Position numbers and translations under genes: made by a program
The notes under the pieces: model-generated
What the model saw: the letters and a program-made list of their open reading frames with translations, nothing else
Told to the model about the DNA's origin: nothing
The model's database searches: none
Shown here: in pieces, positions 7,952-17,090 of the stretch
Layout of the letters: every line of letters begins with the position of its first letter
Numbering within the stretch: position 1 is the first letter of the stretch
Source: Candidatus Krumholzibacteriia bacterium
GTDB lineage: Bacteria; Krumholzibacteriota; Krumholzibacteriia; LZORAL124-64-63
Assembly: GCA_036351155.1 (NCBI GenBank)
Contig: JAZBOO010000211.1
Coordinates: 1-44,470 of the forward strand
DNA: 44,470 nucleotides
Direction: 5' to 3'

Positions 7952-9760
7952 TTAGCCCAGCGCCTGCACCTGAAAATGCTGGGCCGTGGTGGATTGCAGT
8001 TCGCGGATGGCACTGAAGGCGTCCTTCAACTGCCGATGCTCCAGGCTGGACAGATCCTTCAGTTGCAGCTGGTTGTCCGGTGGCCCACCAGCCTGCATGG
8101 TCGCCAGTTGCCGCCCCAGCCTCAGCTGCAGCAGATACCGGTAGGTGGCGATGGCATCACGCCCCTTGTCCGGCGCCAGCAAGCCGGCGGCAATGGCGGC
8201 CTCGAAACGCTCGCGGGTGGATTTGGCCTGGGACCGGGCCTTCAAGCCGTAAACCCGGGCCATGCTGACCAGGGGCGCCACGCCGCCGGTCTTGATGTCC
8301 ACCCGGCCATCGTTGCTGCGGATGCGCCGGAACAGCCCCATGGGCGCGCGAAAGTTCAGCGCCGCCGCGGCCAGGCTGGTCATGAACAGCTGGTTGGCGG
8401 CCGCACTGGTAATCAGGTCGTGCAGATCATCGACCGCCAGGGCTCCGGCCACCGCGCGGAAGTCAAAAAAGATGGCCGACACCATGAGATTTTCACCCGT
8501 GGGCGTGTCCACCCAGCTTTGCATGGTGCGCCGCCACCAGTCCAGCGGGTGGCACCAGCTGGTGGCCATGTAGCCGCCGGGACAGGGTGGAAACCCGGCC
8601 CGTATCAGATTGTCCACCACGTGCTGAGCCAGCCGGGGAAAGTAGGCCTGCGCTTCGGGGGTCTCCTCGAAGTAAGCCAGGGCATTGTCCTGGTCGGTGA
8701 GCAAAGCCTGCTCCATGCGGCCTTCCGACCCGAACACCAGCCAGGCATAGGGACAGGGCGGCGGCCCCAGTTCATCCTCTGCCAGCTTGAGCAACCGGCG
8801 AATCAGGGCATCGTTGATGCTGGCCAGGATGCGCCCGATCTGGGCCACCTTCAGTCCACCGTGGAACAGGCGCGCCACCATGGACGCCACATCGGAAGCG
8901 TAGCCGGTCAGGGCCGCCGCCGAATCCAGGTTTTCCAGCTGCCGCATGAGGTATAGCGGGTTGCGCGTCTGGTGGCGCAGGAGATCGGTGGCCGAGATGA
9001 TGCCCACAATCTCGCCGTCCCGGGTCACGGGTAAGTGGTGGATCTTCTGCTCGAGCATGAAGAGCAACGCAGTGTGCACCAGGGCATCGACGGGCAATGT
9101 GTGCACCGGCTGGGTCATGACCTGGCTGACCGGCGTGTCCGGCCCCAGCCCCTCGGCCAGGACCTTCACCTGGAAGTCGTGGTCCGTGATGATGCCGGGC
9201 GGATCACCGATCACCAGCGCCACATCGTCGCGCGAGGCACGCATGGCCTGGGCGGCCTGCCCCACGGTGGCGTCGGGAGCCACCGAGATCAGAGGTTGGA
9301 TATCCAGGTCATCCAGAGCAGCCGTGAGCTCGCCGCCAATACTGGTGACGTCGCGGCTGGTCACCCGCTGCAATCGTTCGCCAAGATCTTTCAGGAAATA
9401 TTCGGCAAACTTGACGTTGTCCAGCAGCTGCAGGAAGACCTCGGACGGAATGCAGTGCACCAGGGATTGTTCCTGGGTCACGGCGTGAAAGGCCGGCGGC
9501 TGCTGACTGATGATGGAGGGGAAGCCGAAGCACTCGCCGGCCTCCAGGATCTTGACCACCACCCCGTCGCGCACCAGGTTGACCTCGCCCTCGCCGACCA
9601 CGTGCAGGCAGTTGCTGATCTGGCCGCCCTGGACCAGGATGCTGGTTCCCGCCTCCAGGCTGACCGATGTCACGGTGCGTGCCACTTCGGCCATCTCGCT
9701 GTCCGTCAGATGGTCAAAGGGATGCTGGGTGCGGATGAAGGCCAGGTCCCGGTTCGTCAT
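7952..9760 (-). CDS. cNMP-binding/CBS/DUF294 putative nucleotidyltransferase signalling protein
   Basis: N-terminal cNMP-binding domain (HPFD...GECFGF), a CBS pair (GIITDHD, IHHLPV), and DUF294 motifs GSEGRMEQ...TDQDNAL, GFPPCPGGYMA and FFDFR. Confidence 0.9.
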   Translation of the reverse strand: MTNRDLAFIRTQHPFDHLTDSEMAEVARTVTSVSLEAGTSILVQGGQISNCLHVVGEGEVNLVRDGVVVKILEAGECFGFPSIISQQPPAFHAVTQEQSLVHCIPSEVFLQLLDNVKFAEYFLKDLGERLQRVTSRDVTSIGGELTAALDDLDIQPLISVAPDATVGQAAQAMRASRDDVALVIGDPPGIITDHDFQVKVLAEGLGPDTPVSQVMTQPVHTLPVDALVHTALLFMLEQKIHHLPVTRDGEIVGIISATDLLRHQTRNPLYLMRQLENLDSAAALTGYASDVASMVARLFHGGLKVAQIGRILASINDALIRRLLKLAEDELGPPPCPYAWLVFGSEGRMEQALLTDQDNALAYFEETPEAQAYFPRLAQHVVDNLIRAGFPPCPGGYMATSWCHPLDWWRRTMQSWVDTPTGENLMVSAIFFDFRAVAGALAVDDLHDLITSAAANQLFMTSLAAAALNFRAPMGLFRRIRSNDGRVDIKTGGVAPLVSMARVYGLKARSQAKSTRERFEAAIAAGLLAPDKGRDAIATYRYLLQLRLGRQLATMQAGGPPDNQLQLKDLSSLEHRQLKDAFSAIRELQSTTAQHFQVQALG

Positions 9761-9761
9761 G

Positions 9762-10154
9762 CTAATCCTCCGCTGTCGGGCGCGTGAGAATACGCCCCAG
9801 GACCATGCCCCCCACCACTCCGTAAAACAGACCCGACAGAACCCCCGCGGACAAGAAGGATACGCTGGCCTGGATGCCCAAACCCACCAGGAGTCCGCCG
9901 GTGGCCACACCCACCAGACCCATGACGATCATGCCGGCCTTGAGAAAGCCGGCCCGGGCCGTCGAGAATCCCCCCACCCCCCAGACCAGGGCGGTATAAA
10001 CAGCATAACGGCTCAGGACCATGACCAGGAAACCCTGATCGCCGGCTCCCACCAGCTCCAGAGCCACCGGCAGGATACTGAGACAGAAACTCAGACCGGC
10101 CATGGCCCCCAGGAAGGTCCCCAGCAGGTAGCGAAGTGGTGTGTTGCTGATCAT
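9762..10154 (-). CDS. Hypothetical membrane protein (about 4 TM segments, Gly-rich)
   Basis: Hydrophobic ORF from ATG 10154 (MISNTPLRYLLG). AGGA SD upstream. Stop abuts the DUF294 gene start. Confidence 0.7.
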   Translation of the reverse strand: MISNTPLRYLLGTFLGAMAGLSFCLSILPVALELVGAGDQGFLVMVLSRYAVYTALVWGVGGFSTARAGFLKAGMIVMGLVGVATGGLLVGLGIQASVSFLSAGVLSGLFYGVVGGMVLGRILTRPTAED

Positions 10155-10231
10155 CGACGGGTCCTGACGGCAAAGGAACAATTGGAGCCATGGGCTCACC
10201 TTATCATTCCCCACCTGAAGCGTCAAAGCCG

Positions 10232-10717
10232 CTAGCGGGCATTCGAAGTGTATTCGCGCTTGGAACCATGGAAGCCGTCGAAGAGCCGGCGGTGGGCTCG
10301 AAGAGAGAACTCGTCGTCCCGGAGGGGGTATTGCCCCACCCAGTCCAGCAACATGTTCAGGTTGGCCTGCTGCGCTTCGGGGGTGGGGTACTTGTGGGGT
10401 TCCCAGGGGCGGCTGCGGCAGTTGGCCTGGCAGGTTTCCACGCCGGGGTTCAGGAAGATGACCTCGGTGGCCCGGAGCATGGCCAGCTCCAGAAGGTCCG
10501 CATAGCAACCCTCGATCACCCAGCTGGTGTGGCGGGCGCAGAACTCATCCAGCAACCGTCCGCTGGCTTCCAGCGTGCGCCGGGTGGGGACCGCGTGGCC
10601 CTCTTCCCAGGCGATGGTATCGAGATCCAGGTGAGCACAGGATCGCGCGTCCGATTCCGCCCTGGCCAGGGTGGACTTGCCCGATCCGCTATTTCCAAAA
10701 ACCACAAGTCTGAACAT
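10232..10717 (-). CDS. P-loop kinase, adenylate/shikimate-kinase-like (FlaR/topology-modulation family)
   Basis: Walker A motif GNSGSGKST, plus LDLDTIAW and WVIEGCY. Confidence 0.85.
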   Translation of the reverse strand: MFRLVVFGNSGSGKSTLARAESDARSCAHLDLDTIAWEEGHAVPTRRTLEASGRLLDEFCARHTSWVIEGCYADLLELAMLRATEVIFLNPGVETCQANCRSRPWEPHKYPTPEAQQANLNMLLDWVGQYPLRDDEFSLRAHRRLFDGFHGSKREYTSNAR

Positions 10718-10722
10718 CCACT

Positions 10723-11673
10723 CTACCTCTGTGCAACCGCCGGCCTGCTGGCGATGACCACCACCCCCTGATCAGGGGCATCGGGCACCACCGTGACCAC
10801 TGTTTCCCAGCGTGTGGGATCGCCAACAACCTGGTCCCTCAGGGCTCGCTCCACCTCACCCGCCAGACGCCGCGCCTGATCGTCGCTGCGCGCGGTGGCG
10901 CGGATCTCGATGGGCGCCGTCAAACCCGGGGCCTGGTTCAGCCAGGAGGCCGCCTCCGTCAGCAGAAGATCGTCCGGCACCCGGTCACCGGCCAGAACCA
11001 GCAGGTCTTCCTCGGATCCAGGCAGCCGATACGGCGGCAGCTCGAACCCACGGCCAGAAAAGGTGCGCACGTTGCCGGCGGGATCTTCGGTTTTCATGAC
11101 ATGCGAATAGATCAGACCCGGCCAGGCCGGCTCCCCATCCTGACGCCGTCCATCCCAGGCCAACCGTGCCGGAGGGGCACCCTTGCCCTCGAAAACGTAA
11201 GCGGGAATTCCCCGGCTGTCCACGATGGTCAGCTGCCACGCATTCATGTCCGGCGCCTGGGGACTGAACACCACCACATCGTTCTGGGCCAGCTCCGACA
11301 GCCACGGCTGTCCGGTGTGGCGCAGAGGGGTCAAGGCCGTGCGGCCCGTCACCGCCGGAAAAACTTCCACCTTGTCCCAGCTGTCGACCCAGCCCAGGCC
11401 GGGGGCCGAGCGGGGATCCAGATCCAGCGCAATATCCGGCCTGCTGAACCCGATACTGATGCGATCTTCGCCCTCGATGGTGTAGCTGTGCACACCGGGG
11501 TCGGTCTGATCCTGACTCAGCGAGATGGGCGGCTCGGCCACGCCATCTTGCAGGTCGGTCACCGCATGGGCCGAGGCCGCCAGTTCCAGGTCCGAAGGGA
11601 TGAGCTCGGCGGGAGCCGAATCAGCCACCCCCAGGGTCATCGCCAGCAGTACGTGGATGGTCAGGTAAAACAT
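10723..11673 (-). CDS. Exported hypothetical protein with an FlgD-Ig-like module and a possible degenerate OmpA-like C-terminus
   Basis: Signal-like N-terminus (MFYLTIHVLLAMTLG) and the segment WQLTIVDSRG...FEGKGAPPARLAWDG...G..Y...EDPAGN. AAGAGG SD upstream. Confidence 0.7.
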   Translation of the reverse strand: MFYLTIHVLLAMTLGVADSAPAELIPSDLELAASAHAVTDLQDGVAEPPISLSQDQTDPGVHSYTIEGEDRISIGFSRPDIALDLDPRSAPGLGWVDSWDKVEVFPAVTGRTALTPLRHTGQPWLSELAQNDVVVFSPQAPDMNAWQLTIVDSRGIPAYVFEGKGAPPARLAWDGRRQDGEPAWPGLIYSHVMKTEDPAGNVRTFSGRGFELPPYRLPGSEEDLLVLAGDRVPDDLLLTEAASWLNQAPGLTAPIEIRATARSDDQARRLAGEVERALRDQVVGDPTRWETVVTVVPDAPDQGVVVIASRPAVAQR

Positions 11674-11698
11674 CGGGAAAACCTCTTTCGGCGGTCTT

Positions 11699-12577
11699 CT
11701 AGGACCGCAGCCGATAATGGAAGGCAATACGACCCCACTGTTCCCCACTCTGCCCCGGCGTCAGTTCCTGGAATTTCCAGGCGGCCAGGGCGGTGCGGGC
11801 GCGGCGGTCAAAATCTTCGTAGCCACTGGTGCGCTCGATCAAAATGTTTTCCTTCACGCGACCGTCAGGAAGAACCGTAAAATAAAGTTGCACAACCACT
11901 TCCACACCATCGCGCTTGGCCCAGTCGGGATATTCGGGCAACGGATGGGACAGAAGCTGACGCCCCTGCACCTGACCGGCCAGCGAAACGCCGGGCAAAA
12001 TTTCCAGGAGTGGGGCCGTGGTCTCCGTCCTGGCCACGGGGTGAGGGAGGGTCATGGCCGCCGCCACCACCGAGGCTTGACCTCGACGCAACGACTGCGC
12101 CTGTCCGGCCGCCTTCATCCCCCCGCGTTCCAGGTTCTGCACGGCGGGCTTGGCCCGTGGCAACAGACTGCCCACCGTGGCGGTTTCCAGTGTTTTCTGA
12201 GGTGCGGCGGTGGCCGCCACTTCCAGAGCGCCGGCACTTTGCTGACGCAACGCCGCCAGCCGCTCACGCACCATGGCCACGCTTTGCCCCTGATCAGGCA
12301 TGACCGGTTCGGGCGCCACCTGGGCCACCACCGTGGGCATCGGTTCCGGTTCCGCGGCCGGCGCTTCCTGCGTCACCACCACCGGGGTGGCCTCCTCCGG
12401 TTCCAGCCAGGTCACCTCGGTCAACACCGTATCCATGGGCGGCAAAGGCCGCGGCTGACCCGAGGCCACCAGGAACAGGACCGCACCGGCCGCGTGCACC
12501 AGCAAGCTCCACATGGCCAGACGGCGGGTTTTTTCCTGGATAGCCGCAATTTGCAAACTGATGGTCAGGGCTTCCAT
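11699..12577 (-). CDS. tonB: TonB-family energy transducer
   Basis: TM helix with SLLVH (SxxxH), a Pro/Glu-rich linker, and a TonB_C domain (PEYPDWAKRDGVE...V..DGRV...SGYEDFD...W.F). Confidence 0.88.
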   Translation of the reverse strand: MEALTISLQIAAIQEKTRRLAMWSLLVHAAGAVLFLVASGQPRPLPPMDTVLTEVTWLEPEEATPVVVTQEAPAAEPEPMPTVVAQVAPEPVMPDQGQSVAMVRERLAALRQQSAGALEVAATAAPQKTLETATVGSLLPRAKPAVQNLERGGMKAAGQAQSLRRGQASVVAAAMTLPHPVARTETTAPLLEILPGVSLAGQVQGRQLLSHPLPEYPDWAKRDGVEVVVQLYFTVLPDGRVKENILIERTSGYEDFDRRARTALAAWKFQELTPGQSGEQWGRIAFHYRLRS

Positions 12578-13011
12578 GTCAGCTCCTGATCCTGCCGACC
12601 GTTCTTGGCCGTCGTGGCGATGGCCAGTCGCCGGGCCCCGGCCTGATGCGCCTGATCCAGCACCCGCCGCACCACCGCATGGGAAGCGCTGCCATCGGCC
12701 CGGACCACCACCATCACCTGGCTCTGGCCCGGTTGGTTCAAGCGCGCGCCCAGCGATCCCACCAGATCACCCGGTTCGATCCGGGTCTTGTCCAGAGCGA
12801 TCTCCCCCGCGGCATTCACGGTGATGTTCAGCCGGTCGCCTTCCTCGGCACTGCGCACATGCGCCGCGGGTAGCTCCACGCTCAGGTTGCTGATGGTCAT
12901 GATCGGGGTGGTGATCATCAGGATGATGACCAGCACCAGCGCCACATCGATGATGGGCGTCACGTTGATGCCCATGATCCCGGACTTGGGATCAAATACC
13001 CGGTGGGTCAT
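12565..13011 (-). CDS. exbD: ExbD/TolR family protein (copy 2)
   Basis: Motifs INVTPIIDVALVLVIILMITTP, VELP and VVVRADG. GGAGG SD. ATG 13011 overlaps the upstream stop. Confidence 0.9.
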   Translation of the reverse strand: MTHRVFDPKSGIMGINVTPIIDVALVLVIILMITTPIMTISNLSVELPAAHVRSAEEGDRLNITVNAAGEIALDKTRIEPGDLVGSLGARLNQPGQSQVMVVVRADGSASHAVVRRVLDQAHQAGARRLAIATTAKNGRQDQELTWKP

Positions 13012-13433
13012 TGGACCGCCTCCTGTCCCGCGGCAATGGCAATGGTGCCCGCTCCGCTCAGCTTGGCCTTGTCCAGCACATCGACAAAGGCGGCGTGGGA
13101 AACCTCGTCCGCGCACGCCAGAGACACACCATCGTATTCGGGCTGACGCAGCATGGCGCCCAGCACCAGTTCCAGATGGCCGCGCGTGACCACGCGAGTG
13201 TCCACCTGCACCAGGTCCTCCGAAAGAATGGACACGGCCACCAGCTGGGGTTCGATATCCGATTCCACCTCGACGGGGTCCTGGGTCTGGTTGCGCACCC
13301 AGATGCCCGACTCCAGGGCCAGCGGAGTCATCAGCAACAGCGTGACCACCAGCACCAGCGACACGTCGATCAGCGGCGTCATGTTCACCCGGAAAAGGCC
13401 GGGCCCGTGGGTTTCATTCTGATCCAGAAGCAC
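13008..13433 (-). CDS. exbD: ExbD/TolR family protein (copy 1)
   Basis: Motifs VNMTPLIDVSLVLVVTLLLMTP and ADEVSH...VDVLDKAK.SG. GTG start. Confidence 0.88.
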   Translation of the reverse strand: MLLDQNETHGPGLFRVNMTPLIDVSLVLVVTLLLMTPLALESGIWVRNQTQDPVEVESDIEPQLVAVSILSEDLVQVDTRVVTRGHLELVLGAMLRQPEYDGVSLACADEVSHAAFVDVLDKAKLSGAGTIAIAAGQEAVQ

Positions 13434-13446
13434 GTTGCGCGATCCT

Positions 13447-14070
13447 CTAGTTGGAGGTTTCCAGGATGGCTGCCCGCAGGCTGCGCGCGCCGTTTTCGGC
13501 CACCGTGAGCATGACGTTCATGCGCCGGGTGTAGTGGTTGTAGGCCAGGATGGCGGGCACCGCGATGACGATACCCGCCGCCGTGGTCAGCAAGGCCTCG
13601 GCCACACCCGAGGCCACCACGGTGGGCGCGGTGCTGCCGGCCGAGCTCATGTCCTGAAAGGCACGCATGATGCCCCAGATGGTCCCCAGAAGCCCGATCA
13701 ACGGGGCCACGGCCGCCATGGTGCCCAGCACGCCCAGGTTCTTTTCGAACAGCATTTTCTGCTGGCTGATGGCCACCGTCAGGCGCTCTTCCAGGGTCTC
13801 GCCCAGGTTCTTCCCCCCGGCAAAAACCTGGCCCGCCACCTGAGCCAGCGGGTGCGTGGTGGACTCGATGGCCGTGGCCGCCGCGCCCAGATCACCCTTC
13901 TCGATCTTCTTCAAGCTGAGCAAAAGACAACTGTCGCAGTCGCCGCGACGACCGAAGTAGTAGATGGCCCGCTCGGCCGCCACGGCCAAGGTCACCGCAC
14001 TGCACAGGATCAGGACCAGAAAGATGGGACTGTTGCTCATCCACTCATACCAGTTGAACTCGGCAAACAT
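13447..14070 (-). CDS. exbB: MotA/TolQ/ExbB proton channel protein
   Basis: Motifs LGTMAAVAPLIGLLGTIWGIMRAF and GVAEALLTTAAGIVIAVPA...YN. AGGAG SD. Confidence 0.92.
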   Translation of the reverse strand: MFAEFNWYEWMSNSPIFLVLILCSAVTLAVAAERAIYYFGRRGDCDSCLLLSLKKIEKGDLGAAATAIESTTHPLAQVAGQVFAGGKNLGETLEERLTVAISQQKMLFEKNLGVLGTMAAVAPLIGLLGTIWGIMRAFQDMSSAGSTAPTVVASGVAEALLTTAAGIVIAVPAILAYNHYTRRMNVMLTVAENGARSLRAAILETSN

Positions 14071-14082
14071 CTTGGCTCTCCT

Positions 14083-17076
14083 TTATTGCCCGAGGGCAGC
14101 TTCCAGTTGGGTCAATCGTTCCTGGGCGGCCCCGGCCAGGGCCGGATCCGTCGCATGTTTCACCAGATCACGGTAAGCCTGGAGGGCCCCGGTGAAGTCG
14201 CCGGACTGTTCGTACAGATCGGCCGACTGAGCCAGAGCGGACAGGCGGAAATTGTTGGTCTTGTCGGGCGAGGCGATGGACTCGGCATAGGCCACCAGCG
14301 CCCCTTCGGTGTCGCCGGCCTCTTTCAGGCACTGGCCCGCCAGATAGTGCAGTTCCACGGCCACGAAGGGATCATCATCCACGCTTGCGGCCTGACGGAA
14401 AAGCTCTCCCGCTTCGCTGAAGTGCCCCAGGTCCTGGTGGATTTCCCCCAGCGTGCGGATCACCGTGGCCAGCCGAGGATCCGGGCCCCCGGCCTGCGCG
14501 ATGTACTGCTCCAGCGCCTTTTGCGCGTCCTTTTCCTGCCCCAGAATGCGCTGGCTCATGGCCAGGTTGTAGAGGGCCGCTGCGCGCAGATCAAAGTCCT
14601 CACTCCGCGCCAGGACCTCCTGAAAATCCTGCACGGCGGGATGGTACTGCCCACGGTTGAACTTCAGGTTGCCCAGGTTCAACAAGGAGGCCGGCACCAG
14701 ATCGCTGTGGGGGAAATAGCTCAGAAAGGTTTCCCAGCGGGCCAAGGCCTCATCGGGATGACCGGCTTTCAGCTGGGCATCGGCTGCGTAGTAGAAATTG
14801 CGGTCGGCTGCCGAATACCGAGGATACCGCCCCGCCAGGTCGGCAAACGCCGTGGCTGCTTCGTCGAACTGATCCGACTGGTACAGACGCATGGCCAGCT
14901 GGAATCCGGCCTCGGGGGCCAGAGGACTGTCCGGATGCTGCGCCACCAGCTGACGCAGATGCTCGCTGTCGCCCTCCAGACCCAGGGTGTAGAGGATGCT
15001 GGTGATGCCCTCGCTGGCCTCGTCGGCTTCTTCCGAACCGGGGAACTCGGCCGCCACCTGACGGAACAGAGCCAGCGCCTCGAGACCGTTTCCTTCGTTG
15101 TAGTCGCAGCGCCCCAGACGCAGCAATCCGGCCACCTGAGCCTCGCGGTCGGGAAAGTGTTGCTGCAAGGCCTGGAAGCAAACCCGGGCCTCGGCAAAAT
15201 GCCCCGACTGGAACAGGATGTCCCCCGATCGCAGCCAGGCCCGCCGCGCCACCTCGCCTGCCGGATCCTGGTCGGTGATCTCCCGCCAGCAATCGATGGC
15301 ATCGCCGGCCCGGCCGGTGCGGACATGGCACAGACCTTCCTGGTACAGGGCCAGCTGATGCTCCTGGTGCGCGGGGTACTGCTGACTGAACTCGCGATAG
15401 TGCTGACCGGCCACCGCGTAACGCTTGGCGTTGAAGTGGCTGTGGGCCATGGTCAGCAGAGCCGCCGCCAGGTTGTCTTGATCGTTCTGGGCGCTGTAGC
15501 GCGCCAGCATGGTCCGCTCGGTTTCGATGGCCAGATCTTGCCGACCCTGACGCGCATAGGTCCAGGCCAGCAGACGGTTGGCCCGGATGCCCACCGGATG
15601 GTCGGGAAATTCATCCAGCAGCATGGCCAGGGATTCCTGGGCCTCGGCGTAACGGTCCACCGCCGCCAGAGCATCGGCGTCCAGCAACAAGGTGTAGGCC
15701 CGCCACAGCGAATCGCTGGGGGGCATTTTCTGCAGGGCCAGGTGAGGCGCTCCGGCCATCAAACCGGTTTCTCCCGCCTGGTGGAACGAGAACTCCAGCA
15801 GGCACAGGCTGGCCTCGACCAGTTCCTGATGCGCCGGCGACTCGAACACGAAGGCGTGGCCGGGACCCGCGTACCGATCCAGCACCAGCTGAAAATAGGG
15901 CGCCGCTTCCAGGTAACGTTCCTGCTCGTAAAGACCCACCCCGGCCAGGTAAACCGCGGCCGGTGCTTCGGGCGCATAGGGATGACCCTGGGCCACCGCC
16001 TGATAACTGCTGTTGGCCTCGAGGGAACGCCCCAGAGCATCGAGACAGCGGCCCGTACGGTACAGGGCACTGCCGGCCAGTGTGTGATCGAAGTAGCCCG
16101 ACAGGATTTCATTGAACCGCACGATGGCTTGCTCGTACTGGCCCTGACGCCAGCGCATCTCACCCATGCTGAACAGGGCGCGTGCCGCCAGGTCAGAACC
16201 CGCGTAATCCACCGCCACCGTCCGCATGGCTTCCAGCCCCATCTGCTCCTGGCCACTCAGAAACAGGCAGGCCGCTTCCAGGTACCGGAGTTCCGATTGA
16301 TGATCAGGTCGGGAAGTTTCCCGGGCCGCACGGGCAAAATGCTGTGCCGCCCGCGCATGGTTGTCCTTGCCGGGAAAAATGCTCGCCTTGGCCATGCAGG
16401 CGTAGCCGGTCAGATGGCTGGATTCATGGTCATCGATCAGTTCCTGATAGGCCACCGCCGCGGCATAATCCTGCCCCAGGGCCTGCTGAGCCAGGCCCAG
16501 CAACATGAGCCCGGCGGCCTCCAGAGGTCCGCTCTGGCGCGCCGTTTCCAGGGGAATGATGGTCTGATTCCAGTCCTGCCGCAGGTAAGCCGCCGCGGCC
16601 TCGAGGGTCAGCAAGCGCTGGTCCGTGGTCAGCCACGGCTGGGCGGTGCTCAGCTCGGCCAGGATGGTCTCGGCCTGATCGACCCGGCCCTGGCGGACCT
16701 GGTTCCAGGCCAGGGCCAGCGAGGCCTCCACCTGCAAGGGGCTGCTGGGATGATCGCTCAACCAGCGGGTCCAGCTGGCCTGGGCCGTGATGTCATCGCC
16801 CACCGCTTCCCGGGCACGGATGCTCCCGAACCCGGCATCGTCGGCAAAAAGAGATCCGCGGAAAAGCTCGGCGGCCAGATCGAACGAGGTGGCCGAAAGC
16901 GCGTACTGCCCCGCGTCAAACTGGGTCACCGCCTCGGCGTAGTGCTGGGTGGCCGCCACGGGGTCGGGCTTGGCGGCCCAGGCGAATCCGGCCGCGCCGG
17001 TCAGCAGGATCACCAGGACCAGCGCCAGTTGCAGGCGACCCCGGCAAGCCCGGATATGTGCTGAGACTGAGTTCAT
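14083..17076 (-). CDS. Large exported tetratricopeptide-repeat (TPR) protein, about 1000 aa
   Basis: Signal peptide (LALVLVILLTGAAGFAWA) and many TPR units with BamD/CpoB-like YP.S/HP.S/FP turns. Start is ATG 17076 or GTG 17094. Confidence 0.88.
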   Translation of the reverse strand: MNSVSAHIRACRGRLQLALVLVILLTGAAGFAWAAKPDPVAATQHYAEAVTQFDAGQYALSATSFDLAAELFRGSLFADDAGFGSIRAREAVGDDITAQASWTRWLSDHPSSPLQVEASLALAWNQVRQGRVDQAETILAELSTAQPWLTTDQRLLTLEAAAAYLRQDWNQTIIPLETARQSGPLEAAGLMLLGLAQQALGQDYAAAVAYQELIDDHESSHLTGYACMAKASIFPGKDNHARAAQHFARAARETSRPDHQSELRYLEAACLFLSGQEQMGLEAMRTVAVDYAGSDLAARALFSMGEMRWRQGQYEQAIVRFNEILSGYFDHTLAGSALYRTGRCLDALGRSLEANSSYQAVAQGHPYAPEAPAAVYLAGVGLYEQERYLEAAPYFQLVLDRYAGPGHAFVFESPAHQELVEASLCLLEFSFHQAGETGLMAGAPHLALQKMPPSDSLWRAYTLLLDADALAAVDRYAEAQESLAMLLDEFPDHPVGIRANRLLAWTYARQGRQDLAIETERTMLARYSAQNDQDNLAAALLTMAHSHFNAKRYAVAGQHYREFSQQYPAHQEHQLALYQEGLCHVRTGRAGDAIDCWREITDQDPAGEVARRAWLRSGDILFQSGHFAEARVCFQALQQHFPDREAQVAGLLRLGRCDYNEGNGLEALALFRQVAAEFPGSEEADEASEGITSILYTLGLEGDSEHLRQLVAQHPDSPLAPEAGFQLAMRLYQSDQFDEAATAFADLAGRYPRYSAADRNFYYAADAQLKAGHPDEALARWETFLSYFPHSDLVPASLLNLGNLKFNRGQYHPAVQDFQEVLARSEDFDLRAAALYNLAMSQRILGQEKDAQKALEQYIAQAGGPDPRLATVIRTLGEIHQDLGHFSEAGELFRQAASVDDDPFVAVELHYLAGQCLKEAGDTEGALVAYAESIASPDKTNNFRLSALAQSADLYEQSGDFTGALQAYRDLVKHATDPALAGAAQERLTQLEAALGQ

Positions 17077-17090
17077 GTCACTTCTCCGGT

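Noticed and set aside
11699..14070. Tol-Pal system, or the Ton motor of the thiamine receptor
   Set aside because: No tolB or pal is present. The thiamine receptor is 12 kb away in a separately regulated operon. Cross-use of the motor cannot be excluded but is unsupported.
13435..17064. 1209-aa plus-strand ORF
   Set aside because: Antisense to exbB and the TPR gene, which carry clear family motifs.
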